This document shows, one piece after another, positions 19,467 to 30,101 of a stretch of DNA of 64,000 nt. Position 1 is the stretch's first letter. Each line of letters opens with the position of its first letter. A program made the translations under genes and the position numbers. This stretch comes from a bacterium (GTDB taxonomy: Bacteria; SZUA-182; SZUA-191; JAJRXT01). The notes beneath the pieces are model-generated. The model saw nothing but the letters and a program-made list of their open reading frames with translations, had not been told where the DNA came from and did not search any database. The DNA is taken from the NCBI GenBank assembly GCA_024277675.1, contig JAJRUS010000092.1, forward strand, positions 163 through 64,162, written 5' to 3'.

Positions 19467-21053
19467 GTGAAGAATTTATCCTCACAGGCTAAGGTTGGAT
19501 TACTGGTATTAGGTGGATTGCTCGTTTTGGCTTATATGACAATCAGGGTGGAGCATTTGACAGTTACTAAAGATAACGGCTATATAGTAAAGGTAATATT
19601 CAATACGGTCGCCGGATTGGATGAAAAGGCGCTGGTACGGGTGGCTGGAGTTGAAGCCGGCCGGGTAGAAAAAATTAATCTGATTGGAGGCAAGGCTGAG
19701 CTAAGCTTAAGAATTCGCCCCGATGTTGAACTACACCGCGATGCCCAGGCCAGCATTAAAAGTGTCGGGCTGTTGGGAGATAAATATGTAGAGGTTACTT
19801 CCGGTTCGTTTGATCAACCCGTACTTAAACCAGGAGAAACCATACAAACGCGGATCGAGGGAGTCGATATTGACCAGTTAACCGGTCAACTGGCCGGGAT
19901 TGCCGAAGACATTAAATCGGTTACCGATTCAATAAACAAGGTGCTTGGGGGCGAAAAGGGGCGGGAAGTCCTACAACGGATAGTGGATAATATAGATAAT
20001 TTGAGTGGTAATTTAAATCAGGTAGTGGTTGAGAACCGGGATAACCTGAGACAGGTAATGGATAACGTCAACCGCCTGTCTTATAATCTGAATGTAGTGG
20101 TGGCTGAAAACAAAAAGTTGTTTAGCAGTACCATGGGCAATGTTGCCCAATTGACTGAAAGCTTGAATCAGATTGTTAATGAAAACCGTGGATCATTGAC
20201 TAATACTATCGCCCATCTGGAGAAATTTTCTAAAACCTTGGCCGAAGAATCTCCTGATTTGACCCGGAAAATGAATAAACTGCTGGCCGATTTAAATCAG
20301 GTGCTGGCAGAAAACCGGGAGAATTTAGCCACCAGTATAAAAAACATCAAAAGCGCCTCCCAAAAGATGGACAATACCTTGGGTTCACTGGAAACGGTGA
20401 GCCAAAAGGTGGCTAAGGGAGAGGGTACCCTCGGCAAGCTGATTTATGAGGATGACGCTTATACCAACCTGACCGGGGCTTTGGCGGGATTAAAGAAATT
20501 CTTCCAAAAAGCCGAAGCCTGGCAGTTCCATTTGGGGGTAAGGGGTGAGTATTTAACCAAACCCGAGAATACCAAGACCTATGTCTCCCTTAAAGTTCAG
20601 CCGGCAAAAGATAAATATTATTTACTGGAAGTGGTGGATGACCCCCGCGGCAATGTTACCACTGAAACTACCAAGCGCACGGTAGATGGAAAGGAAACGC
20701 TAATCCAGGAAGAGATTACTGACGATAAATTAAAGTTTAGCCTGGAAATTGCCAAGCGTTTTCAGGATTTCACTCTTCGCGGCGGGCTAATCGAGTCTTC
20801 CGGTGGGGTAGGGGCGGATTATGAATTTTTCGACGATAAGTTAAAACTTAGCCTGGATGCCTGGGATTTGGGGGAAACCACCCCGCATCTAAAGTTTACC
20901 AGCGCCTTCTATTTTTATGAACGAATGTTTGTCAGCGCCGGAGCAGATGATTTTATAAACAAGGATTATGATAGTTTCTTTGCCGGAGTTGGTTTTATGT
21001 TTTCAGATCAAGACCTAAAATATCTGTTGGGAAGTACTGCGATAAGTTTTTAA
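19467..21053 (+). CDS. MCE/MlaD-domain protein with extended coiled-coil region (PqiB/Mce-like), GTG start
   Basis: An N-terminal TM plus MlaD-like beta domain is followed by a repetitive N..L..N...V.EN heptad-like region, with an RBS TAAGGAG. Confidence 0.7.
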   Translation: MKNLSSQAKVGLLVLGGLLVLAYMTIRVEHLTVTKDNGYIVKVIFNTVAGLDEKALVRVAGVEAGRVEKINLIGGKAELSLRIRPDVELHRDAQASIKSVGLLGDKYVEVTSGSFDQPVLKPGETIQTRIEGVDIDQLTGQLAGIAEDIKSVTDSINKVLGGEKGREVLQRIVDNIDNLSGNLNQVVVENRDNLRQVMDNVNRLSYNLNVVVAENKKLFSSTMGNVAQLTESLNQIVNENRGSLTNTIAHLEKFSKTLAEESPDLTRKMNKLLADLNQVLAENRENLATSIKNIKSASQKMDNTLGSLETVSQKVAKGEGTLGKLIYEDDAYTNLTGALAGLKKFFQKAEAWQFHLGVRGEYLTKPENTKTYVSLKVQPAKDKYYLLEVVDDPRGNVTTETTKRTVDGKETLIQEEITDDKLKFSLEIAKRFQDFTLRGGLIESSGGVGADYEFFDDKLKLSLDAWDLGETTPHLKFTSAFYFYERMFVSAGADDFINKDYDSFFAGVGFMFSDQDLKYLLGSTAISF

Positions 21054-21078
21054 CCCACATCATTTCAATAATTTTACT

Positions 21079-21399
21079 ATGATTCAAGAATTAATTAAGC
21101 AGGTAAAGGATACAGAGGCCCAGGGCGAACAAGCTATCACAGAAGCCCAGGACGAGAAAAACCGCTTGTTAAAGCAAGCTGAGGCCAAGGCCAAAGAGTT
21201 GCGCCGGCAAAAAATCGAGCAGGTGCAGGCTAACGTACGGGCTATGCTTACAAAAGCCCAGGACGAGGCAAAGCAAGAGATTCAGTCGCTAAAACAACAA
21301 GCAACGGAAAAAGCGCAGCAAATAAGAACCCGGGCCGAAAAAAATTCAGGCCGGGCAATTTCTCTGGTTATTAAGCGATTAACCGATGGCCATAGCTAA
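21079..21399 (+). CDS. V/A-type ATPase small coiled-coil stator subunit (G/H-like)
   Basis: It is a 106-aa charged coiled coil sitting first in the V-ATPase operon, overlapping the start of the subunit I gene. Confidence 0.55.
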   Translation: MIQELIKQVKDTEAQGEQAITEAQDEKNRLLKQAEAKAKELRRQKIEQVQANVRAMLTKAQDEAKQEIQSLKQQATEKAQQIRTRAEKNSGRAISLVIKRLTDGHS

Positions 21400-23383
21400 A
21401 GTAAAAAAAATACGCCTGCTGGTACACCTTCATGTTCGTGATGCTGTTTTAAATGAATTACAGCGAATCGGATGGGTGCACATTACCGATCTTAAAGAAG
21501 CCCCCCAAGCCAAGGCCTGGGAGTTGGAAGGGCTTAGCGTTTCTACTGAAACGGCTGTTGAGAGATTGAGCGAGTTAGAGTTTGCCATGAACTTCCTGGC
21601 CCCTTATGCGGCTCCCCAAACCTGGAAGGAAAAACTGACCCAGGACAAACCGGTAATCAACAGGTCTCAATTAGAAGAAATTATAAAGGAACATGAATTA
21701 AAAGAAACCTGCCAGGCCTGTCGAAGCATTTATGCGGAGATTAATGAATTATCGGTTCAAATCAGCGATCTGAAAGTTGACTTGCAGGGGTTGTCTTACT
21801 GGGGTGGAATTTCAGTGCCTGTTGAAGAGTTGGTGCCTACCCGATTCTGTCAATTACACCCGGTAACGATCCCCTACGAAGACAGAGAACAGCTAAAAGT
21901 GCAACTAGCGCAAGAAACAGGTGGAATGTTTGAGCTATATCCCGTTTCCGCAGATCACGGCCTTGCCTATGAGCTACTTGCTTACTTAAAACAAGACACC
22001 GATAAAGTCACTCCCATATTGACAAATTACGGGGTGGAACCGATTAAGTTGCCGGGCACTTCCGGCACACCGATACAGATTAAGGCCGAGCTGGAACAAC
22101 AGTTAAAAACTAAAGCAAAGCAACTGGAAAAGCTAAAGCAAACAGCCGGGCAACTGGCTTTAAAGCGCCGGACACTACTCATTGCCCATGATTATTATAC
22201 CAATCAGAAGCTAAAGTCAGCGGTACAGGCTTCTTTTTTAACCACCTCGCAGACCTTTTTAATAGAGGGCTGGATAACCCGCCGCCATGCCCGGAAACTA
22301 AAAGAACGCCTGGAGGGAAAGTACCCGGAACTGGAGGTATTAATCAGCGAACCCGAAAAAGGTGAAATTCCGCCGGTGGAGCTTACCAATAATGGCTTGA
22401 TTACTCCTTTTGAAACAGTGACCAAACTCTATGGCCTGCCGCAACCTGATGAACATGACCCTTCGCCGCTTTTGGCCCCCTTCTTTTTTATCTTTTTTGG
22501 ATTGTGTCTTACCGATGCGGGTTATGGCCTGGTGCTGGCACTGCTTACCTATTGGGGACTGCGGCATATGTTATTAGCCGAAGGCCCGAAAAACATGCTG
22601 CGGCTGTTGTTATATAGCGGCATAGCCACTATACTGGCGGGTACAATCACCGGCAGTTGGTTCGGGGATATCATAAATTTTATGCCGGCAGCGTTTTCGC
22701 CCTTAAAAGCGGCCAGAGACAGCCTGGTTATATTTGATCCGATTAATGACCCTAACGGGCCGATGATCTTTATGGTGCTTTCGCTGGTGCTCGGTTTTAT
22801 CCAGATATGGTATGGTATAGGCATAAAGCTGTATGCTGAGTTAAAAGAAGGCGCTATCAGCGCGGCCCTGTTTGATCAATTTCCCTGGATGTTGATCTTT
22901 TTGGGATTGGCCGTCCTGGGATTAAAACAGCTAAACTACCTTGGTCAGGGTTGGTCGGTAATAAGTACCGGTTTGTTTTATACCGGGGCCGGGATGATTC
23001 TGCTGTTTAGCGGGCGAGAGCATAAAAATATTTTTAAGCGGCTGGGAAGCGGGATTTTAGGGCTTTATGGTTCTGTCGGTTATCTTAGCGATATCCTCTC
23101 ATATTCGAGATTACTGGCGCTGGGGTTGGCTACCGGGGTTATCGCTACGGTGGTAAACAAGATTGCCTTTATGGCCACCGGTATTCCGGTAGTTGGTTAT
23201 GTTTTTACGTTTTTGATACTGATCGGCGGGCATTTGTTCAACCTGGCTATAAATGGGCTGGGGGCTTTTGTACATACCAGTCGTTTGCAGTTCGTGGAAT
23301 TTTTTCCCAAGTTTTTTAAGGGTGGCGGCCAGCCGTTTATTCCCTTTAGGTGGGAAAGTAAATATTCTATTATCAGGGATTAG
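21386..23383 (+). CDS. atpI: V/A-type ATPase subunit I (a-subunit, membrane proton/sodium channel)
   Basis: It has a hydrophilic N-terminal half and a polytopic C-terminal half with the conserved Arg-containing helix region (SRLLALGLATG). Confidence 0.85.
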   Translation: MAIAKVKKIRLLVHLHVRDAVLNELQRIGWVHITDLKEAPQAKAWELEGLSVSTETAVERLSELEFAMNFLAPYAAPQTWKEKLTQDKPVINRSQLEEIIKEHELKETCQACRSIYAEINELSVQISDLKVDLQGLSYWGGISVPVEELVPTRFCQLHPVTIPYEDREQLKVQLAQETGGMFELYPVSADHGLAYELLAYLKQDTDKVTPILTNYGVEPIKLPGTSGTPIQIKAELEQQLKTKAKQLEKLKQTAGQLALKRRTLLIAHDYYTNQKLKSAVQASFLTTSQTFLIEGWITRRHARKLKERLEGKYPELEVLISEPEKGEIPPVELTNNGLITPFETVTKLYGLPQPDEHDPSPLLAPFFFIFFGLCLTDAGYGLVLALLTYWGLRHMLLAEGPKNMLRLLLYSGIATILAGTITGSWFGDIINFMPAAFSPLKAARDSLVIFDPINDPNGPMIFMVLSLVLGFIQIWYGIGIKLYAELKEGAISAALFDQFPWMLIFLGLAVLGLKQLNYLGQGWSVISTGLFYTGAGMILLFSGREHKNIFKRLGSGILGLYGSVGYLSDILSYSRLLALGLATGVIATVVNKIAFMATGIPVVGYVFTFLILIGGHLFNLAINGLGAFVHTSRLQFVEFFPKFFKGGGQPFIPFRWESKYSIIRD

Positions 23384-23427
23384 GGGTTCGATCTTTTTTA
23401 GAAATCTTAACTTCAAGGAGGAGCTAA

Positions 23428-23901
<474 letters not shown>

Positions 23902-23961
23902 CTTTATTGGGAACAAACCAGCTACAGGCTGGATTAATTACATTAAACCATTACTTTGTAG

Positions 23962-23986
23962 CTAGGGGTTTGTCGGACTTTAGATT
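23962..23986 (+). repeat. Copy 3 of the conserved intercistronic motif (plus strand tAGGGGtTTGTCGGACTTTAGATT) between atpK and atpE
   Basis: The core is identical to copies 1 and 2. It has ATT in place of ATG and is co-oriented with the operon. Confidence 0.5.
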
Positions 23987-24015
23987 ACATACTTTTCTAT
24001 ATTGAGAATAAAAAC

Positions 24016-24633
24016 ATGCCGTTGGATAAAATTGTAGCCAAGATAAGTCAGGATGCTAAACTAAAAGCCCAGGCCTTCATAGATCAAGCCCAAGCCGAAG
24101 CTCGGCAATATCTAAAACAGGCTGAAACCAAAATTGAGGCTGAGTGTCGACAGCTTTTAGCTGCGGGTGAAGAGCGAGCCAATCGGGAGAAAAAGCAACG
24201 TTTACAAATCGCCACCCTGGATATTCGCAAACAAATTCTGGCCGAAAAGCAAGGCTTGATTATCAGTGTGTTTGATCAGGCCCTTTTGGAATTGCAGCGC
24301 CTGGATAATAAAAAATATGCCTCCATTATAAAAAACCTGCTGGACGGCTATCCTCTAATGGGCGATGAAGAGATTATAGTGTCTCCGGCAGACCGAAAGC
24401 GTCTGGGAGAAGGTTTTCTGGGGGAAATAAACCGGCAGCTTAAGCGCCAGGGGAAAAGGGGCGAATGTGTTTGGTCCGCGGAGCAGCGAAACATAAAGGG
24501 CGGCTTTATCGTGCGCCGGGGAAAGATAGAGGCCAACTACTCCTTTGAATCGCTGCTTAAATCCCAGCGGGAAGAGCTGGAACAGCAAGTGGCCCAATTG
24601 TTGTTTGATGAACCCAAATCCAGTAAAGAATAA
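24016..24633 (+). CDS. atpE: V/A-type ATPase subunit E
   Basis: Its N-terminal charged coiled coil, size (205 aa) and operon position support the call. Confidence 0.7.
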   Translation: MPLDKIVAKISQDAKLKAQAFIDQAQAEARQYLKQAETKIEAECRQLLAAGEERANREKKQRLQIATLDIRKQILAEKQGLIISVFDQALLELQRLDNKKYASIIKNLLDGYPLMGDEEIIVSPADRKRLGEGFLGEINRQLKRQGKRGECVWSAEQRNIKGGFIVRRGKIEANYSFESLLKSQREELEQQVAQLLFDEPKSSKE

Positions 24634-24639
24634 TAGTAA

Positions 24640-25656
24640 ATGTATTACCTAAGTCCATCACAACTAGTTTCAGATTCCCACTATAGCTTTGCGGTAGGAC
24701 TGGTGCGGGCGTTAGAGGTCAAGCTGTTTAATCAACAAACGGTTAACCGGCTGTTGGATGCCAAGGATATACCCACGCTGAAAAGGGAGCTGGGGGAAAC
24801 CGAATACCATGACCTGCTTTCCTCCGGCCGGGATTTCGAGACTGAATTACAGCGGGGGCTAAAACGAACCTACGAGCTTATAACCGCTATTGCACCTGAA
24901 CCGGACCTAATAATTTTGTTACGCCTAAAATATGATTTTCACAATATAAAGGCTTTATATAAGGCCAGGATGCTGGGAGAATCGGCTGAGGCGGCGCTTT
25001 CCGATTTGGGATTGATTGATAAAAATTTATTGTTGCAAATAACCGAAGATGATAATTATGAGCAGCTTCCGTCAGGTTTAAACCGGCCGGTGATTGAAGC
25101 CGTGACCAAACTGGGTTCATCCCCCACAGGCTCAAGCGTAGATATGGCCTTTGACGGGGTTATGTATGATTTTCTTTATCATAAGGCAGAAAAGGCTGAA
25201 TCCCTGTTTTTAAAGATATTGTTTCAGCAACAGATTGATTTGATCAATTTAAAAAGCTGGCTACGTATCAAAAAACGGGAAGGAAATAAAAAAATTCTGC
25301 TGGCGGCGCTTTTGGATCATGGCTTGATAGAGAAAGGCCGCTGGCTGGATTTATATGAACTTGCGGTGGCTGATTTACCGGCAAAACTAGCCCATACTCC
25401 CTACGCCAGGTTAATCAGCGAGGGTATCTCCCGTTACCAGCAACAGGGTTCGCTCTCTGTATTACAGCGGCTTATAGATAGTTATATGTTGGGCTATATG
25501 GAGTCGGCGCGCTTGATTTGCATGGGTCCTGAACCCTTGATAGCCTATCTTTGGGCCAAAGAAAATGAGGCCAAGGTTTTGCGAACCGTTTTAGTGGGCA
25601 AGTTAAACGATCTACCGCTGGCGGTTATAAAGGAAAGGTTGCCGGTATATGCTTAA
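24640..25656 (+). CDS. atpC: V/A-type ATPase subunit C (d-subunit family)
   Basis: Its size (338 aa) and operon position between E and F support the call. Confidence 0.65.
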   Translation: MYYLSPSQLVSDSHYSFAVGLVRALEVKLFNQQTVNRLLDAKDIPTLKRELGETEYHDLLSSGRDFETELQRGLKRTYELITAIAPEPDLIILLRLKYDFHNIKALYKARMLGESAEAALSDLGLIDKNLLLQITEDDNYEQLPSGLNRPVIEAVTKLGSSPTGSSVDMAFDGVMYDFLYHKAEKAESLFLKILFQQQIDLINLKSWLRIKKREGNKKILLAALLDHGLIEKGRWLDLYELAVADLPAKLAHTPYARLISEGISRYQQQGSLSVLQRLIDSYMLGYMESARLICMGPEPLIAYLWAKENEAKVLRTVLVGKLNDLPLAVIKERLPVYA

Positions 25657-25981
25657 TGTGGCGGTAGTGGGTGATCGGGACTCAATCTGGGGTTTTAAGG
25701 CGCTGGGCATGGAAATACATGCGGTAAATAATAACGAGGAAGCGTTAGCCGCCCTGCATACACTATGTAATTCTGAATATGGGGCGATATTTGTCACCGA
25801 AAATTACGCCCGGCAGCTTGGCGAAGAGATTAACGCCCTGGAAGAGTTTATTACCCTTTACCCCAGCATAGTGATCATCCCCAGTCATCACGGAAGCGAG
25901 GGCCTGGGGATGCAAAAGGTAAAATCGGTAGTGGAAAAGGCGCTGGGGTTCGATATATTTAAGTCAAGAGATCCCGAATAA
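25649..25981 (+). CDS. atpF: V/A-type ATPase subunit F
   Basis: It starts MLNVAVVGDRDSIWGFKALGMEIHAV, typical of F subunits, and is 110 aa long. Confidence 0.7.
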   Translation: MLNVAVVGDRDSIWGFKALGMEIHAVNNNEEALAALHTLCNSEYGAIFVTENYARQLGEEINALEEFITLYPSIVIIPSHHGSEGLGMQKVKSVVEKALGFDIFKSRDPE

Positions 25982-26096
25982 GTCGGGCAGGCAACCACTT
26001 GGAGGCTTGCCTCTTTCTTAGGGACGTTAGTTAAAACCCCTTTTCGTCAGGGGTCAATATAGCCTGAGTTTATAAATAGCTCAAGTGAGGAAAAGA

Positions 26097-27848
26097 ATGA
26101 GCAAAAGTCAAATAGTTAAGGTGTCCGGTCCGCTGGTGGTGGCCAGGGACATGCCTGAGGCCAAGATGTATGATGTGGTCAGGGTAGGTAAAGAAGCGCT
26201 AATCGGAGAAATCGTGGAAATCCGGGGCAACCGGCTTTCTATCCAGGTTTATGAAGAAACCGGCGGCCTGGGACCTGGAGATCCGGTAACAACCACCGGT
26301 GCGCCACTAAGCGTGGAATTGGGGCCCGGAATGCTGGAAGGCATTTATGATGGTATACAGCGCCCACTGGAGGCTATTTATAATAAAACCGGTGATTTAA
26401 TCACCCGGGGAATAGCCGTACCCAGCCTTGATCGGGAAAAGAAATGGAAGTTGACGCCTAAAGTCCAATCCGGCGACCAGGTTGAAGCGGGAGACATCCT
26501 GGGGGTGGTACAGGAAAATTTGGTAATTGAACACCGTATCATGGTACCCTATGGAATTTGTGGCCGGCTTAAAGAGATTAAATCAGGAGAATATACCGTA
26601 GCCGAAACCATTGCGGTTATTAAAACCGATAGCGGCGAGGACAAAGAAATCTGTATGATGCAACAGTGGCCGGTACGACAACGCCGGACCTATAAGCAAA
26701 AGCTGGCTCCCTCCGTACCTTTGAGCACCGGCCAACGAATTATAGATACCCTGTTCCCCCTGGCCAAGGGGGGCACCGCCTGCGTACCCGGGCCATTTGG
26801 TTCGGGTAAGACGGTAGTTCAGCATCAGTTGGCCAAGTGGGCCGATGCCGACATCGTGGTGTATGTCGGTTGCGGGGAACGCGGCAATGAAATGACCGAC
26901 GTGCTGATCGAGCTGCCGGAAATTGAAGACCCGCGCACCGGACAATCATTAATGAAGCGCACGGTGCTGATCGCCAATACCTCCAACATGCCGGTGGCTG
27001 CCCGCGAAGCCTCTATTTATACCGGGATAACGATTGCCGAATACTTCCGGGATATGGGTTATGATATAGCCCTGATGGCCGACTCCACTTCCCGCTGGGC
27101 CGAAGCGCTGAGAGAAATGTCGGGCCGGCTGGAAGAAATGCCGGGCGAGGAAGGCTATCCGGCCTATCTGGCAACTAAAATAGCCGATTTTTATGAACGG
27201 GCCGGGTTGGTGATCACCCTGGGGCAGCACCAGCGAAAAGGCTCCATCAGCGCCATTGGCGCCGTATCCCCCCCGGGGGGAGACATGTCCGACCCGGTGG
27301 TACAGGCTACGCTTAAGGTGGTTAAGGTCTTCTGGGGACTGGATGATAAACTGGCTTTCCGCCGCCACTTTCCGGCCATTAACTGGCTGACCAGTTATTC
27401 TTTGTATGTAGAGAATCTCCGGGATTACTTTGGGACTGAGATTGCCGGGGACTGGATGAAATTAAGACAACAAGCCATGGCCTTGCTCCAGAAAGAGGCT
27501 GAACTGGAAGAAATAGTGCGCTTAATTGGGAAAGACTCTCTCTCGCCCCAGGATCAGTTAACCTTGGAAATCGCTAAGCTGATCAGGGAGGATTTCTTAC
27601 ATCAGAATGCTTTTCATAAAGTGGACAGCTATACTTCATTACAAAAACAATACCATATGCTGAAATTCATCCTGCTGGCCAAAGAACGTTTCCGCCAGGC
27701 GCTGGGACAGAAGGTTTCGCTGAATAAATTGATCGTCTTACCGGTTTTAGAAGAATTCTCGCAAGCCAAACTTGTGGCTGAAGATGATCTCAGTACATTT
27801 GATCTGCTGGAACAAAAGCTGTCCGAACAAATTGAGGGTATAAAGTAG
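26097..27848 (+). CDS. atpA: V/A-type ATPase catalytic subunit A
   Basis: It has Walker A GPFGSGKTV and the bulge domain. Its ATG at 26097 has an RBS GAGGAAAAG; the track ORF starts at an upstream GTG. Confidence 0.95.
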   Translation: MSKSQIVKVSGPLVVARDMPEAKMYDVVRVGKEALIGEIVEIRGNRLSIQVYEETGGLGPGDPVTTTGAPLSVELGPGMLEGIYDGIQRPLEAIYNKTGDLITRGIAVPSLDREKKWKLTPKVQSGDQVEAGDILGVVQENLVIEHRIMVPYGICGRLKEIKSGEYTVAETIAVIKTDSGEDKEICMMQQWPVRQRRTYKQKLAPSVPLSTGQRIIDTLFPLAKGGTACVPGPFGSGKTVVQHQLAKWADADIVVYVGCGERGNEMTDVLIELPEIEDPRTGQSLMKRTVLIANTSNMPVAAREASIYTGITIAEYFRDMGYDIALMADSTSRWAEALREMSGRLEEMPGEEGYPAYLATKIADFYERAGLVITLGQHQRKGSISAIGAVSPPGGDMSDPVVQATLKVVKVFWGLDDKLAFRRHFPAINWLTSYSLYVENLRDYFGTEIAGDWMKLRQQAMALLQKEAELEEIVRLIGKDSLSPQDQLTLEIAKLIREDFLHQNAFHKVDSYTSLQKQYHMLKFILLAKERFRQALGQKVSLNKLIVLPVLEEFSQAKLVAEDDLSTFDLLEQKLSEQIEGIK

Positions 27849-27881
27849 ACAGGATAAACACCCCCAAAGAAAAACCGGCCT

Positions 27882-28358
27882 ATGTACTATGAAGAAGTTT
27901 TTAGGGAGTTAAACCGCCAGCGGGTAAAGTATCTGGTGGTGGGCGGCATTGCGCTGGTATTGCATGGAGTGGTTAGATTGACCGCAGACTTGGATCTGAT
28001 GCTGGAAATGAGTTCTGCTAATTTAACCAGATTTCTGGCGGTAATGAAAACCCTAAACTATAAACCGAAGCTGCCAATTAAACCGGAGCAGTTTTTAAGT
28101 GATAAAGAAAGAACAACCTGGACAGAAGAAAAAAACCTGCAAGTATTCTCTTTCGTTCATATAAGGGGATATCAATTAATAGATGTTTTACTTGACGTCC
28201 CCCTGGACTATAAAATATCTGCGCAGAAAAAGGAAACTATACGGGCAAAGGGAGTCAGTGTTCCGCTTATCTGCCGGGATGATTTGATAAAACTAAAAAA
28301 TGCGGCTGGGAGACCACAAGATTTAGCCGATATTGAAGCATTGAAGCAACTAACATAA
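27882..28358 (+). CDS. nucleotidyltransferase-fold (Pol-beta superfamily; AbiEii/MNT-like) protein inserted between atpA and atpB
   Basis: The block GGIALVLHGVVRLTADLDLML matches the nucleotidyltransferase G[GS]xA..G..R.[ST].D.D signature. It has lower GC than the flanking atp genes. Confidence 0.4.
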   Translation: MYYEEVFRELNRQRVKYLVVGGIALVLHGVVRLTADLDLMLEMSSANLTRFLAVMKTLNYKPKLPIKPEQFLSDKERTTWTEEKNLQVFSFVHIRGYQLIDVLLDVPLDYKISAQKKETIRAKGVSVPLICRDDLIKLKNAAGRPQDLADIEALKQLT

Positions 28359-28536
28359 TGAAAGAACCTTATACTTTTATTCCTAGTGCAGGGTATTTAA
28401 AAGAACTTAGCAGGCTTTCTCCCAGATTGAAGCTGGAATGGCTGGAGGAGGCTAATGAATTTATAAACAAATTTGTCTCCCGTAAAAAGAAAAAGAAGTG
28501 GGAGAAATTTATACATTCAACAACTAAGGCTGACTG
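28357..28536 (+). CDS. small Lys-rich ORF (59 aa) translationally coupled to the nucleotidyltransferase-like gene (ATAATGA overlap)
   Basis: Its ATG overlaps the upstream TAA stop. It is not in the supplied ORF track because it is under 60 aa, and it has a KKKKK tract. Confidence 0.3.
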
Positions 28537-28578
28537 ACGGAGACCAAATAACAGTATTTAAATAAAGATGGGGTAAAT

Positions 28579-29994
28579 ATGCTAAAGGAATACTTAACCG
28601 TAACAGAGGTAGCCGGGCCGCTGCTTCTGGTAGAAAAAGTAGAAAATGTAAAATATGAGGAGTTGGTTGAGGTAGAGTTACCAGGAGATGATATCCGGCT
28701 GGGCAAGGTATTGGAGGTTTCCGGAGATACGGCGCTTATCCAGCTCTTTGGAGGTTCCGCCGGGGTGAATATTTTTAATAGTCGGGTGCGTTTTCTGGGC
28801 AAAGGGGTGGAGTTAGGGGTTTCACCTGACCTTTTGGGCCGGGTATTCGACGGCCTGGGGCGCCCGATAGATGGCGGGCCTAAAATTATTCCCCAAAAAA
28901 GACTCGATATAAGCGGTAACCCCATTAATCCTTATGCCCGTAACTATCCCTCGGAGTTTATCCAAACCGGTATCTCGACCATTGATGGCTTAAATACCCT
29001 GGTGCGGGGACAGAAGCTGCCTATTTTTTCCGGTGCGGGCTTACCTCATCCAAGAATGGCCACTCAAATTGCCCGGCAGGCCAAGGTTTTGGGTAAACAG
29101 GAAAACTTTGCGGTAGTCTTTGCCGCCATGGGAATTACCTTTGAGGAATATGATTTTTTCCGCCGCGACTTCCAAAGCACGGGCGCCATAGAGCGGGCGG
29201 TATTGTTTATCAACCTGGCTGATGATCCGGCGGTAGAGCGTATCGCCACTCCACGCATGGCGTTGACTGCGGCCGAATATCTGGCCTTCGATTTGGATAT
29301 GCACGTATTGGTAATCTTAACAGATATGACCAATTACTGTGAAGCCTTGCGGGAGGTATCCGCTGCCCGTAAGGAAATACCCGGTCGCCGCGGTTATCCG
29401 GGCTATTTATATACCGATCTGTCCACTATTTACGAACGTGCCGGCCGCATCAAAGGCAAACCGGGTTCCATCACTCAAATTCCCATCCTTACTATGCCCG
29501 AAGATGATAAGACCCACCCCATTCCCGACCTTACCGGTTATATCACCGAGGGACAATTGATTATGGGGCGGCCGCTACATCAAAAGGGGCTTTATCCGCC
29601 GCTGGATGTGCTCCCCTGTCTTTCCCGTCTGCGGGATAAGGGTATCGGCGAGGGTAAGACCAGGGATGATCACGCCGGGTTATCCAACCAATTGTTTGCC
29701 GCCTATGCCCGCGGGAAAGAGGCCGAGGAGTTGGCGGTTATCCTGGGAGAGGCAGCTTTAAGTGAAGCCGACAAGGTGTTTTTAAAGTTTGCCGCCGCCT
29801 TTGAACAGGAATTTGTGAACCAGGGCTACCATGAAGACCGCTCCATAGAGGAAACCCTGAATCTGGGCTGGAAGTTGATTTCTATGCTACCCAGGGCTGA
29901 GTTAAAACGGGTAAGCAGTGAGGAGATCGCCAAATATATGCCCCGGACCGAGGAAGCGCAAACGGCCGGAGAACCGCCGGCAAGCGCAAATTAA
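28579..29994 (+). CDS. atpB: V/A-type ATPase subunit B
   Basis: It has the non-catalytic nucleotide-binding fold typical of B subunits and is 471 aa long. Confidence 0.95.
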   Translation: MLKEYLTVTEVAGPLLLVEKVENVKYEELVEVELPGDDIRLGKVLEVSGDTALIQLFGGSAGVNIFNSRVRFLGKGVELGVSPDLLGRVFDGLGRPIDGGPKIIPQKRLDISGNPINPYARNYPSEFIQTGISTIDGLNTLVRGQKLPIFSGAGLPHPRMATQIARQAKVLGKQENFAVVFAAMGITFEEYDFFRRDFQSTGAIERAVLFINLADDPAVERIATPRMALTAAEYLAFDLDMHVLVILTDMTNYCEALREVSAARKEIPGRRGYPGYLYTDLSTIYERAGRIKGKPGSITQIPILTMPEDDKTHPIPDLTGYITEGQLIMGRPLHQKGLYPPLDVLPCLSRLRDKGIGEGKTRDDHAGLSNQLFAAYARGKEAEELAVILGEAALSEADKVFLKFAAAFEQEFVNQGYHEDRSIEETLNLGWKLISMLPRAELKRVSSEEIAKYMPRTEEAQTAGEPPASAN

Positions 29995-30101
29995 TGTCAT
30001 GCCAAACATAATAACTTGACTCACCTTACCTCTCATAAAACAATGCAAATATCCGACATATTACACTTGACACTACACCGGAAAGGCTAAAAATTTAAAA
30101 T

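Noticed and set aside
27271-27281. CCCCCGGGGGG palindrome inside atpA
   Set aside because: It lies within the conserved coding sequence (encoding SPPGGD) and is most simply coding-driven. It is a perfect palindrome rather than a single-base homopolymer run, so it is not a slipped-strand homopolymer candidate.
26583-27379. Antisense ORFs of 120, 69, 139 and 62 aa inside atpA
   Set aside because: They are fully embedded in, and opposite to, a confidently identified catalytic A-subunit gene. Their composition is Gly/Arg/Pro-rich, as expected for antisense GC-rich coding DNA.
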